From Scyliorhinus canicula (lineage: Eukaryota), in NCBI RefSeq assembly GCF_902713615.1, contig NC_052158.1, positions 2,542,001 through 2,606,000 of the forward strand: 64,000 nucleotides of DNA. The letters run 5' to 3'. The stretch's first letter is position 1. Every line of letters begins with the position of its first letter. This document shows positions 11,250 through 23,310 of this stretch, piece by piece. The notes beneath the pieces were generated by a model. It worked only from the letters and a program-made list of their open reading frames with translations. It had not been told where the DNA came from and did no database searches. A program made the position numbers and the translations under genes.

Positions 11250-14230
11250 TTGGATAGATAGTTTGGAGAGCTGGGCAGAGAAATGGCAAATGGAGTTTAA
11301 TCCAGACAAATGTGAGATCATGCATTTTATAGGTCTAACATAGAGGGGAAATATACAGTAAATTGCAAAACGCTTAGGAATATAGTAAGTCAGAGAGATT
11401 TGGGCGTTCCCTGTAAGAACGCTATTCATGATGCCCTATGCTGCTCTTGTTTGGTCCTTGTTTCACACTGTAACCAATCACTATTTGTTGATGTACCATT
11501 TGTCAATGTACTCTTTCGATTATTCTTTTGTCTACTATGTAAGTACTGTGTACGTTCCCTTGGCCGCAGAAAAATACTTTTCATTGTACTTCGGTACGTG
11601 TGACAATAAATATCAATCAATCAATCAAAACAGTCCATAGATTTTGAAGGTGGCAACGCAAGTGGACAAGGTAGTCAAGAAAGCATATGGAGCGCTTGCC
11701 TTCATTGGACAGGAGAGCGAGTATAAAAACTGGCAAGTCATGTGACAGTTGTATAGAACCTTGGTACGGCCGCACTTGGAATATTGCGCAGAATTCTGGT
11801 CGCCACACTGCCAGAAGGATGTAGAAACTTTGGAGAGGGTGCAGAGGAGGTTTTTGCCTGTCAGGAGGGTGTTAGCTATGCGGAGAGGCTGAATAGACTT
11901 GGACTCTTTTCGTTAGAGTGACAGAGGTTGAGGGGCAACCTGATAGAGGTCTACAAGATTATGAGGGGCATGGATAGAGTGGATGGACAGACACTCTTCC
12001 CCAGGGTGGAGGGGTCGGTCACCAGGGGGCATAGGTTTAAGGTCCGTGGGGCAAAGTTTAGAGGAGATGTGCGAGGCAGGTTTTTTACACAGAGGGTGGC
12101 GAGTGCCTGGAATGCGTTGCCAGGGGAGGTTGTGGAAGCAGATACATTAACGGTGTTCAAAAGGCATCTTGACAAATACATGGATAGGATGGGGATAGAG
12201 GGATACGGCACAAGGAAGTGCTGAGAGTTTTGGCCACAGGTGGTATCATGACCGGTACAGGCCTGGAGGGCCGAAGGGCCTGTTCTTGTGCTGTATTGTT
12301 CTTTGAAACACAGAAAGCTAGCATACAGGTGTAGCAGATAATCAGGAAGGCTAATGGAATGTTGGCCCGTATTTCAAGGGGTTGGAGCACAGAGTATAAG
12401 CTCTTCGACAAGCTCTCACATGGCAGATTACTGTGTAAAGTTAAAGTGTAGGGATTGCGGGTAGTGCCTTGAGATGGATAGAAAGCTGGTTAGCAGTCAG
12501 GAAGGAAAACATTGGAATGAATGGGTCTTTTTCCAATTGGCAGGCAGTGACTCGTGGGTACTGCAGGGATCTGTGCTAGGACCGTGATAGAAACCTACTT
12601 TTCTTATAGGTAATAAAAGTTTAAGGGAAGAAATGATTTAGTAACATTATACTATTAAAAATCATACATTCGCCATAACAGCAGAGAATGTTGAGAGCGT
12701 GGGAAAAGATCTGAGAAGGAAGTCAGTTTTCAAACTGACTATCCACATTGCAGAATAGACCCATTGTTGTCATTAGTGAGCAAACATCCCAGTTCTGGAG
12801 AATATGGTGGGAAATAGGTGGTTCGATCACATCATATTATGGAAACATAGAGAAATTCTTCCATGCCACATTATCTCTTAAAACTTGATAGACATTTCGG
12901 TCAATTAGATGAATTATAATTATTTTAGCCCAATCAAAGCCAGAAAGGGGACAGAGCCTCAAAAGATTATGATTTCCTTAAGAGACCGGAAGGGAACATT
13001 TTTTGCTCTCTCTGAAATCATCTTTAAGCTCTCTCTCTCTCTCTCTCTCTCGCTCTCTCTGAATTCATCTTTAACCTAACCTTTGAAACCTATTCTTATT
13101 TTGTTTTGCAAACAGTTATTTCCTTTTGTTTCATTTTTGTATTGTGCATTTTGATCTGAAGAAATTACCACAAACCGAATTGTATTTTGACTTCAACTCA
13201 ACCATCTGTATGTGCATTGGCCAAACAACTCTCTAGATTCTATATTTGCATAATATTTGACTTGATCAGTAGACTTTGAAACTGACATAAATAAAGCGAT
13301 ACTTGACTTCACCCAAGAAGCTCAGGCCCGAATTCTGTAAGATTAATATATAGTGCGGCTACACATTAATATATTAACAAAGTACAGATCCTTCAAGCCT
13401 CAACTGTTCACTTTATATATTAATGATTTGGACAAGAGAACTAAATGTGTGATCTCCAAATTTGCAGATGATACAAAGTTGGGCGGGAAGGTGAGCTGTG
13501 AGGAGGATGCAGAGATGCTTCAGCAGGATTTGGACAGGCTGAGTGAGTGGGCACATGCATGGCAGATGTGGCATAATGTGGATAAATGTGAGGTTATCCG
13601 CTTTGGGAGCAAAAATAGGAAGGCAGATTATTATTTGAATGGGTGTAAATTGAGAGAGGGGGACACTCAGCGAGACCTTGGTGTATTTGTGAGTCAGTCA
13701 CTGAAGGTCAGCATGCAGGTGCAGCAGGCGGTAAAGAAGGCAAATGGTATGTTGGCCTTCATTGCAAGAGGTTTCGAATACGGGAGCAGGGATGTGTTGC
13801 TGCAATTATACAGGGCCGTGGTGAGGCCACACCTGGAATATTGTGTGTCGTTTTGGTCTCCTTTTCTGAGGAAGGATGTTCTTGCTCTCGAGGGAGTGCA
13901 GCGAAGGTTTACCAGACTGATTCCAGGGATGGCGGGACTGATGTATGAGGAGAGATTGACGAGGTTAGGATTATATTCATTGGAGTTTAGAAGAGTGTGA
14001 GGGGATCTCATAGAAACCTACTAAATGCTAACAGGATTAGACAGGGTAGATTCAGAAAGAATGTTCCTGATGGTGGGGGAGTCCAGAACTAGGGGTCAGT
14101 TTGACGATATGGGGGTAATCCTTTTAGGACTGAGGTGAGGAGAAATTTCTTCACCCAGAGAGGGGTGAATCTGTGGAATTCACGACCACAGAAAGTAGTT
14201 GAGGCCTAAACATTGTGTAATTTCAAGAGA
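11250..14230 (+). mobile_element. Stack of CR1/HER1 fragments, interrupted by a LINE tail (about 11409-11628, (TCAA)n end) and a solo LTR
   Basis: RT motifs KFADDTK, DKCEV and RPHLEYC in the 13353-14000 and 11928-12224 frames. Confidence 0.85.
12585..13395 (+). mobile_element. Probable solo LTR inserted in CR1
   Basis: TG...CA ends, internal (CT)n and AATAAA. It splits the CR1 sequence ctaggacc|...|caactgttc. No clean target-site duplication. Confidence 0.55.
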
Positions 14231-14457
14231 CCATATCTGAATGATATGAAAATCACTTATTGTCACGAGTAGGCTTCAATGAAGTTACTGTGAAAAGCCC
14301 CTAGTCGCCACATTCCGGCGCCTGTCCGGGGAGGCTGGTACGGGAATCGAACCGTGCTGCTGGCCTGCTTGGTAAGCCAGTGATTTAGCTGAGTGAGCTA
14401 AACCAGCCCCTGGAGCGCTGTGAGAAGTTTTGGTCCCCTTATTTAAGGAAAGATATT

Positions 14458-14916
14458 GGGCGGGATTCTCTGATCCTGAGGCTAAGTGTTGACACTGTCG
14501 TAAATGCCGTCGCGGTTTACGACGGCGTCAACAGGCCCCCAGGAGCAGCGATCCTGAGGTACCTACAGGGGGCCAGCGCAGCACTGGAAAGACTCATGCA
14601 GCTCCAGCTGCCGATACCAGCGTCAAACGGGCGCATGGGCGCTGCGGCCGGCGCAGATTCGCGCATGCGCGCTAGGCTCCTTCTCCGCGTCGACCCCGAC
14701 ACAACATGCGAACGGCGCCGGCAGGACTCAGCCGACCTCGGCGGCCACTCAGCCCATCCTGCGCAGACAATCAGCGGCCCGCCGACCGTGCCGGCGCCAA
14801 TGGTGCCGATTCTCTGGTGACCGGAGAATCGGCAGACCAGCGTCGGGGCAGGGTTGTGTGAACCATGCTCGGCCCAGCGATTCTCCGGCCCGGCCCGGGA
14901 TCAGAGAATCCCGCCC
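14458..14916. mobile_element. Harbinger/Tourist-type MITE
   Basis: Perfect 19-bp TIRs GGGCGGGATTCTCTGATCC / GGATCAGAGAATCCCGCCC with 3-bp TSD ATT. Related degenerate copies at about 16328-16500 and 39492-39630. Confidence 0.85.
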
Positions 14917-15250
14917 ATTATTTCATTGGAGGCCGTTCAGAGAAGGTTCACTGGGACCATCCCCGACACGGAGGAATTGTCCTATGAGCAAAGGTTAAAC
15001 AGGTTGGGACTCATTGGAATTTAGAAGAATGAGAGGTGATTTCACTGAAACATATTGGGGCTGACAGGGTCGATGCTGAGAGGATATTTCCCCTCATGCG
15101 AAATTCTCGGACCAGAGGGCATAATCTCAGATGAGGAGGAATTTCTACTTCTCAGAGGTTTGTGAATCTTTGGAACTCCAAATCCTGCCAAAGTCAATGG
15201 ACCTTTGTGTAATGATATGTATATTCACTGGGATGTAAAGAGTTGACAAG

Positions 15251-15782
15251 TTGGAGTATTGCGTACAGTTCTGGTCGCCTCATTATAGGAAGGACGTGGA
15301 AGCTTTGGAACGGGTGCAGAGGAGATTTACCAGGATGTTGCCTGGTATGGAGGGAAAATCTTATGAGGAAAGGCTGATGGACTTGAGGTTGTTTTCGTTA
15401 GAGAGAAGAAGGTTAAGAGGTGACTTAATAGAGGCATACAAAATGATCAGAGGGTTAGATAGGGTGGACAGCGAGAGCCTTCTCCCGCGGATGGAGGTGG
15501 CTAGCACGAGGGGACATAGCCTTAAATTGAGGGGTAATAGATATAGGACAGAGGTCAGAGGTGGGTTTTTTACGCAAAGAGTGGTGAGGCCGTGGAATGC
15601 CCTACCTGCAACAGTAGTGAACTCGCCAACATTGAGGGCATTTAAAAATTTATTGGATAAGCATATGGATGATAAGGGCATAGTGTAGGTTAGATGGCCT
15701 TTAGTTTTTTTTTCCATGTCGGTGCAACATCGAGGGCCGAAGGGCCTGTACTGCGCTGTATCGTTCTATGTTCTATGTTCTA
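15251..15782 (+). mobile_element. Young CR1/HER1 3' fragment, near-identical to 58364-58895
   Basis: Same sequence and (TTCTATG)n tail. Confidence 0.9.
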
Positions 15783-17104
15783 AGTTAATGAAAATGATTC
15801 TTACCACTAGAGGGAACCACAGAACAGTCATATAAATATCATGTGACTAGGGGATTCGGGGATTTAGATTGGAAGATGATTAAGAGTTAAGATTTAGGCG
15901 AGAGCTGGAAAAGTGTCAGGCATAGAGAGAAGTTGCATACTTGAGAGTTCTGTAAGTTAGAGATAGCATAGTTTCCTGCATTGGTTTCCTCCGGATTCCT
16001 CCCACAAGTCCAAAGATGTGCAGGTTAACTTGGTCGGCCATGCTAAATTGCCCTTAGTGTCCAAAAAGGTCAGATGGGGTTACTGGGTTACAGGGACAGG
16101 GTGGAGGTGTGGGCTCAAAGTAGGGTGCTCTTTCCAAGGGCCGGTGCAGACTCGATGGGCCAAATGGCCTCCTTCTGCACTGTAAATTCTATGATTCTAT
16201 GAAAAATGCACACTCGGAGAGGCGGTGCAGGCACGATGGGGCAGAATGGCCTCCGCCTGTACTACACACGTTCTGTAAAGGTTCAATCAGAAGACAGAAT
16301 GTACAATACCCGACTAAGTTTAGATGTGGGCCAGAACTCTCCAGCCATTCGCTGGCGGAGGGATTCTCTGGTCCTGGCCTCTGGGGAGGGAGGGGTGTCT
16401 TCAATGGGAAATCCCATTGACAAGCGGAGGGAGCAGATAATCCCCCCGCCAGCGAACGGCACGCCTCGCCCCGCGGCTGGGGGACCTGAGAATCTAGCCT
16501 GGGATATTTATGGTCAGCTGGACTGAATCATGGAGAAGACTCATTTTTTTTTTGATAAACAATTTTAATGAGGTATTTCTTGGCATTGTAAACAGTAGAA
16601 TTAAAGAACGTGAAAACAAAAGGACTGTACACTAAACAAAGTACACAGTGCAATCGCCTTAACCCATCCCACCCAGATCTGCCTGATTGACCCCCTACAC
16701 TACATTCCCCTCCCCCCCCCCCCCCCCCCCCCACCCCCTGAAATTTCCATCCTTTTGGAAGTACTGCTTCCACCACCCCTAAAGGCAGTGCGTTAGAGAT
16801 CCTCCTAGCGTTCCGCATTTCACCTTTTGTTCTTGTGTTGATCACCTTAAATCTGTTCCCCAGGTTACCGGGCATCTGTCTACTGGGAAATATTTTTATC
16901 TCAATTTACTCGACCTAATCCTTTCCAGGTATGAACACCCCAATTAAATCTCTCCCTGCCTCGAAAGAGATCAAGCTTTTGAGTTGTATTTTCCCCAAAA
17001 AAAATGAGTGCCACTCGAACAAATGTTGTTGACATGGCTGAAAGTCTTCAGCATGATGTCCAGCATCCAAATCATGACATTAAAATCAGCATTCTATATT
17101 TTAT

Positions 17105-17432
17105 AGAGTCATAGAAACCCTACAGTGCAGAAGGAAGGCATTTGGCCCATTACGTTTGCACCAACTCTTGGAAAGAGCACCCTACCTAGGCCCCCGCCCT
17201 ATCCCCATAGCCCCAGCTAACCTTCCGGGCACCAAGGGGCAATTTATCATGGCCAATCCACCTAACACGCATACCTTTGGACTGTGGGAGGAAACCGGAG
17301 CACCCGGAGGAAACCCACGCAGACACGGGGAGAAAGTGCAGACTCCGCACAGACAGTCGCCCGACGCCGGAATCGAACAAGGGTCCCTGGCGCTGTGAGG
17401 CAGCAGTGCTAACCGCTGTGCCACCGTACCGC
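17105..17432 (-). mobile_element. HE1-type SINE with CR1-like tail
   Basis: tRNA head, gggtttcctccgggtgctccggtttcctcccacagtccaaag core, ...gcactgta...tctatgactctat tail. Confidence 0.85.
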
Positions 17433-19070
17433 CCATATGATGGCGCTCACTGTCCAGTGAAGTTATTAACTTTTTCTTCGTGTACACTTTTGAAGACCGT
17501 TTGAGAGGATGAAGTTTGAGGATGTTTATAATTTGATGAAGCACACAATTGCCACTTTTGTGGTGGCCCATTTTCAGATATCTTTCCGCTAAGTGGATCA
17601 GTAGCTGTTCGTCCTTCAGGAGACATATTGCCCATCCCTAATTGCCCTTGAACTCAGTGGCTTGCGAGGCCATTCTCAGAGGGGTATTTAAGAGTCAACC
17701 ACATTGAAGTTAAATCGAAAGTTGGAATGCTTTTAATGAACTTGTTTGATACTAGTTTTGTTTTGTTTCTTATTGATTCGATGTTTAGTTGCCCAGATTA
17801 GCATCTCAGCAATTCACATTCAACTCTGCTTAAGTAGTCACCCGTTTCCTGTTCTGGCTGTTTCAACAGCCAACGAAAATGTTAAGCTTGGGCGCAATTC
17901 AACCCAACAAATCAAAGTGTCATTTTGGTTCAGTTTGACAAGGTGTTTCTCACAGGGTTTTTGGGTGAGGTCAATGCATGTATTCGACCACACTTGTCGT
18001 TTTTCTGGGGGGCTTTGTGGAGTTGCTCCCCCGTTCCGCCCACACTTCGAAATGTTTTCATCGCTGGGGTGCTGAACTTGCCGGCAAGACCAGCTCTTCA
18101 GAAATCGGGCTGCATTTCGAAAGGGTGCCTCGATCTCTCAGTGAGCTGAGAGTCCACCATACCAGACCACCCACCCACCCACGCACAATGGGTGTGATTC
18201 TCCGGAAAGATTTCTGAGGCCTCGATTCTCTGGAAAGATTTCCATGTGCTGTAGCGAGCGGGAATTGCCGCGTGTTTCCCAGCTCTCGGCCCAGTGAGGC
18301 CAACAGTATTCAACGTTATTTGGTCCACTTAACGAGGCCTTAATTGCCCCGAACGCCGGCTCACCAGCTGATTCGCCGGGACCGCCCCCCCCGCTAACAA
18401 GGTCGAGCAGCACTTAGGCTGTACTTGCTGAGCCGACCCCAGCCAGCTCGCAGCAATGGCGCCCAGGAGACCCGCCCCAAGATTCGGGGATGCTGACCAA
18501 GGGAGGCTCCTGGATACAGTGCAGGCCAGGAGGGATGTGCTGTTCTCCCAAGGGTCCTGGAGGGTGAGCCACAAGGCAACCAGTGCTGCCTGGGACGAGG
18601 TAGGCATCTACCGCGATGTGGACGATCCTGGGGCATCCTAGACGTAGTGGTAGAGCTGGGGGGGGGGGGAAGCATTGAGGATTACTGAGGGCTCTGGGGG
18701 TGGGGGGAATGGGGTAGGTAGGGGGTGAGGGGTGGTTGGGGTTGACGGGGGGGGGGTGGGGGGCGGATGCCCCAGCAGGGGAGTGGGGGCATATATTGAA
18801 CAATAAACACCCTGTGCACAGCCAGTAGGAAGCTTCTGTCACTCTTCCACAATGCATTGCCTCCTGCAGGTGACGGGTGTGAGCGAGCACCCAGCAGACA
18901 GGCAGGGGTCAGGCCATGGCACAGATTGAGGAGCAACAGCGCCCACCTCTCTGCGGGTTATCATCACCCCCCTGCCCTCGACAGTGACCCGCTGACAGTG
19001 CCGACACAGTTCCAGCACCCTGGAGTGATGTGACACAGACCCTGGGAGGGTGGGAGATGGGGGTGGCGGG

Positions 19071-21548
19071 TGTGAGAGTACCTTCAAGAAATGGATGTTT
19101 AAGCAATGTACCTTTAAGAAAATAGTGATGTCAGAGAGTGGGTGGAGCTGAGCTCAGTTCGGCTATTTTGAGGTTAGTTTTGGGAGTTTTAGTTTCAGTT
19201 TGAAGAAAGCTTGTGTGTGGCTGTGAGCTGCATTGTTGGTGATCTCTGCCATGACGGACTATCTCTTAATCCTTTGGTGAAATCGGAATTGTAAAAAGGT
19301 CTCAGTATTGAATATAAATCTAATGTGCTTCTGTTTGAAGGATTTGTTAAGTCTTTTGCATGTGTAAAGGAACAATTTGCAGGATTGGGTAGTGTTGTAT
19401 TATTTTCGGGGTTATCTTTGAAGTAAGGGGTGTTAAGAGATCCAATGTTTATTTAAAAGGTTAATTTGAGTTCATGGAATAAACATTGTTTTGTTTTAAA
19501 AACCATGTGTCCATAATTGTAATACCACACCTGGAGAACAAGCCGTGTGCTTCAAAAGCAACAATCCATTAAAGGTGGGGGTTGGTTGAACTCCATGATA
19601 CATTTTGGGGTTCTGAAAACACCTCTCCCATAACAATTGGGGGCTTGAGAGGGATAAAAGTGTATCTATTGGATTGGCTTTTGTAAACTTAAAGACAATG
19701 AAGGATTGTTGCTTTTCCGGTGTGGTATTTTAGTTTAAGTGGGGAGTGTTGTGAACAATGGCTCTTTTGGAAGCTCAGAAGTTTTTGGGGGTGGACACGG
19801 TAACACGTGATACCTTACTGACAGAGACTAAAAACAGACTGTTAGGTTTGGCAAAAGCATTGCAGTTAAGACTTTCTAGCAAAATACAAAAAGATGAGGT
19901 ACTTAATGCGGTATCTGCGCATTTACGTTTGCCTGTGATACATTCTGACTCATTAGATATGGCAAAGCTCCAGTTGCAGATTAAGCAATTTGAAGATGAA
20001 AAAGAATTAAAGCAACTTGAAGATGAAAAAGAATTAAAGCAGCTTGAATATGCAATGATAGAAAAAGGAAGAGATAGAGAAGAAAAAGTAAAGGAGAGAG
20101 AAGAAAGAAACAAAGAAAGAGATAGAGAGGAAAGGGAAAAAGAGAGAGTTTGAACTTCGGAAACATGAAAATCAGTTAACATTGGCAGGGCAGCACGGTG
20201 GCCTAGTGGTTAGCACAACCGCCTCACGGCGCTGAGGTCCCAGGTTCGATCCCGGCTCTGGGTCACTGTCCGTGTGGAGTTTGCACATTCTCCCCGTGTT
20301 TGCGTGGGTTTCGCCCCCACAACCCAAAAATGTGCAGAGTAGGTGGATTGGCCACTCTAAATTGCCCCTTAATTGGAAAAAATAATTGGGTAATCTAAAT
20401 TTTAAGAAAAAGAAAAAAAAAAAAATTGGCAGACGCAAAGGGACACGTACAGTTGGAGTAGATGGATGAGGATGAGACAGAGCATCAGAGTCGAAGACGT
20501 GGTGGGGATCTATTTACATATGTCCAAGCATTGCCCAAGGTTTGACGAGAAGGAGGTAGAAGCCTTTTTCATTTCATTGAGAAAGTAGCTAAACAAATGC
20601 AATGGCCACAAGGACATGTGGGTATTAGTGATTCAAACAAAGCTGGTAGGTAGGGCTAGTGAAATGTTTGCATCACTACCAGAGGAGGTATCTGGAACGT
20701 ATGAGGAGATGAAGAAATCCATCTTAAGTGCATATGAGCTAGTGCCTGAAGCCTACAGACAAAGGTTTAGAAATTCAAGGAAAGAATTTGGTCAAACATA
20801 CATGGAGTTTTAAAGGCTCAAACAGAGTAATTTTGATTGGTGGATAAGGGCTTTGAAAATAGACCAAATGTATGAAGCTCTCAGAGAAATTAAACTTTTG
20901 GAGTTTAAAAATTCAATTCCTGATGTAATGAGAACTCATGTGGAAGAACGGAGGGTTAAAACTGCGAGACTAGCAGCAGAAATGGCAGATGATTATGAAT
21001 TAGTTCATAAGTCAAAGATTGGTTTCCGATATCAGTTTCAGCCTCTGAGGGATAGAAACTGGGGACATGAGAAATACTCAAGGGGTAAAGGTAAAGGTGA
21101 TTTGATGGGAGACAATAAAGAGAGTGTACCTCAAATTAAAAAAGAAATCCAGGAGGGTGGAAAAGAAATGAAAAGTTTCAAATGTTTTCACTGTAATAAA
21201 CTAGGCCATGTAAAGTCACAGTGTTGGTGGTTGAAGAAAAGCACTGGGAAGGCTGATGTGGTAAAACAGGATAAGACAGTGGAGTTTGTTAGAGTGGTAA
21301 AGGGAAGACCAAGTGAAGCAAAGGAGGTGCAAACGATTGTGCAGCCTGTTCAAGAAATAGTTGTTCAGAAAGTGCCAGATGTCTTTAAAGAATTTACTTG
21401 TGTGGATAAAGTTTACTCATGTGTATCAGGAGGAGCAGGTAAAGAAGTCACAATTTTAAGAGATACAGGGACTAGTCAATCTTTAATGGTAAGAGATGAG
21501 GAATTATGTAGTTGGGAAGAATGTTGCCAGAAAAGGTGGTAATATGTG
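19071..21548 (+). mobile_element. Truncated Gmr1-like Gypsy element (5' LTR 19071-19635; gag with SCAN-like domain, CCHC knuckle, start of protease)
   Basis: TGT...ACA LTR followed by a TGGGGGCT (tRNA-Pro-like) PBS; peptides AYELVPEAYRQRFR, AAEMADDY, CFHCNKLGHVKSQC and ILRDTG. Confidence 0.85.
20188..20426 (+). mobile_element. Young poly(A)-tailed tRNA SINE inside the Gmr1 gag
   Basis: gggcagcacggtggcctagtggttagc head, poly(A) tail, TSD attggca(g). Confidence 0.9.
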
Positions 21549-22539
21549 GAGCAGCCGAGGCATCGGAACCGCATCTTGAGGAGTCCGATGCATCGCTCAA
21601 TGAGTGACTGGGTCTCCACTTCAATCTCCAGCCACCGCACTGGTGTCATTAGCTAGGTCCTCAGCAGGTATCCCTTATCCCCAAGAGCCAGCCGCCCATC
21701 CTGGGGTGCTCCTCGAATAGGGATGGGATGCCCAACTGCCCCAGGATGTAGCAGTTGTGCACCCCCCCCCCCCCGCCCCCCCCCCCCCCCCCCCCCCCCG
21801 GAAGCGTGCACACAGGTGCATTACCTGCAATTGATGGTTGCACATGAGCTATATGTTGAGGGAGTGGAATCCCGTTCTGTTAACATAGGGCACCCCCAGA
21901 TGGCCCAGTGAGCGCAGGGCATCTTGCGTGGCATCTATCATCCCCTGAACGTGGGGCATCCCGGCAGTGGCGGAGAAACCTGCTGGCCTGATCCATGTCA
22001 AAAACAATGTAGTCTTCCACCCGGGCACACAGGACGTTCGTGATCTGCCGGATGCACTATGGGCTGTGGCCTGCACGATGCCACACAGGTCCCCACTCGA
22101 GCCCTGGAGGGATCCGAGGCGTAAAGGTTCAGGGCTGCAGTGACCTTGACATTTGTGGCCTCCTCCTACCTGTGGTGCCAAGTCCGCGAGGATCGGGCAC
22201 AGATGTCACACAGTCTCCTTATTGAGGCGGAGCGTCCTGTGACACGCGCTGTCTATTATCTGTTCAAACAACCAGCGATGCCTGTATACCCTCAGCTATC
22301 GTGGGTCTCCTCCTCTGGCCTTATGGACGGCCCGGTTCCTCAGGGTGTGGGGTGGGGTCTGGCACATGGGTCGCTGCCTACAGCATCTGTAGACACTGCT
22401 GCTGCCGCCTTCCTCCGACTTCTGGCCACATCGTGTAGCAGCAGCATCACTAGGGCAACCTCTGCATCCAACATCCCTGCCATAGTGTTCAATATCTGTA
22501 AGGCATTGGGGGAGGGTGTTAGACCGACAAACTTCAGTG

Positions 22540-23310
22540 GCTCCCATTCCGGGACCTTCCATTCGCCCATTGAGTCTCCCCCCCCTCCCCCCCACCCCGG
22601 GACCCTCCATTCCCCCATTGAGTCTCCCCCCTCCCCCCCATCCCGGGACCTTCCATTCGCCCATTGAGTCTCCCCCTGCCCGGCCATCCCGGGACCCTCC
22701 ATTCCCCCATTGAATCTCCCCCTGCCCCCCTCCCCACCCCATCCTGGGACCCCATTCCCCCATTGAGTCCATCCCCCACCCCCCAATCCCGGGACCCTCC
22801 ATTCCCCCATTGAGTCTCTCACCCCCCCTCCCCACCCCATGCTGGGACCCTCCATTCCCCCATTCAGCCCATCCACCCCCCCAATCCCGGGACCCTCCAT
22901 TCCCCCATTGAGTCTCTCCCCCTCCCCACCCCATCCCGGGACCTTCCATTCGCCCATTGAGTCTCCCCCCTCCCGCCCATCCCGGGACCCTCCATTCCCC
23001 CATTGAATCTCCCCCTGCCCCCCTCCCCACTCCATCCTGGGACCCTCCATTCCCCCATTGAATCTCCCCCTGCCCCCCTCCCCACTCCATCCTGGGACCC
23101 TCCATTCCCCCATTGAGTCTCCCCCTTCCCGCCCATCCCGGAACCCTCCATTCCCCCATCGATTCCATCCCCCCTCCATCCTGGGACCCTCCATTCCCCC
23201 ATCGATTCCATCCCCCCTCCATCCCGGGACCCTCCATTCCCCCATTGATTCCATCCCCCCTCCATCCCGGGACCCTCCATTCCCCCGTTGAGTCTCTCCC
23301 CCCCCCCCCC
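22540..23310. repeat. C-rich minisatellite (core cccgggaccctccattcccccattgagtctcccc, about 50-60 bp units)
   Basis: Directly visible. G-run-rich on the minus strand. Confidence 0.9.

Noticed and set aside
20188-20270. tRNA genes
   Set aside because: The tRNA-like A/B boxes are SINE heads continuing into SINE bodies. No complete cloverleaf was seen.
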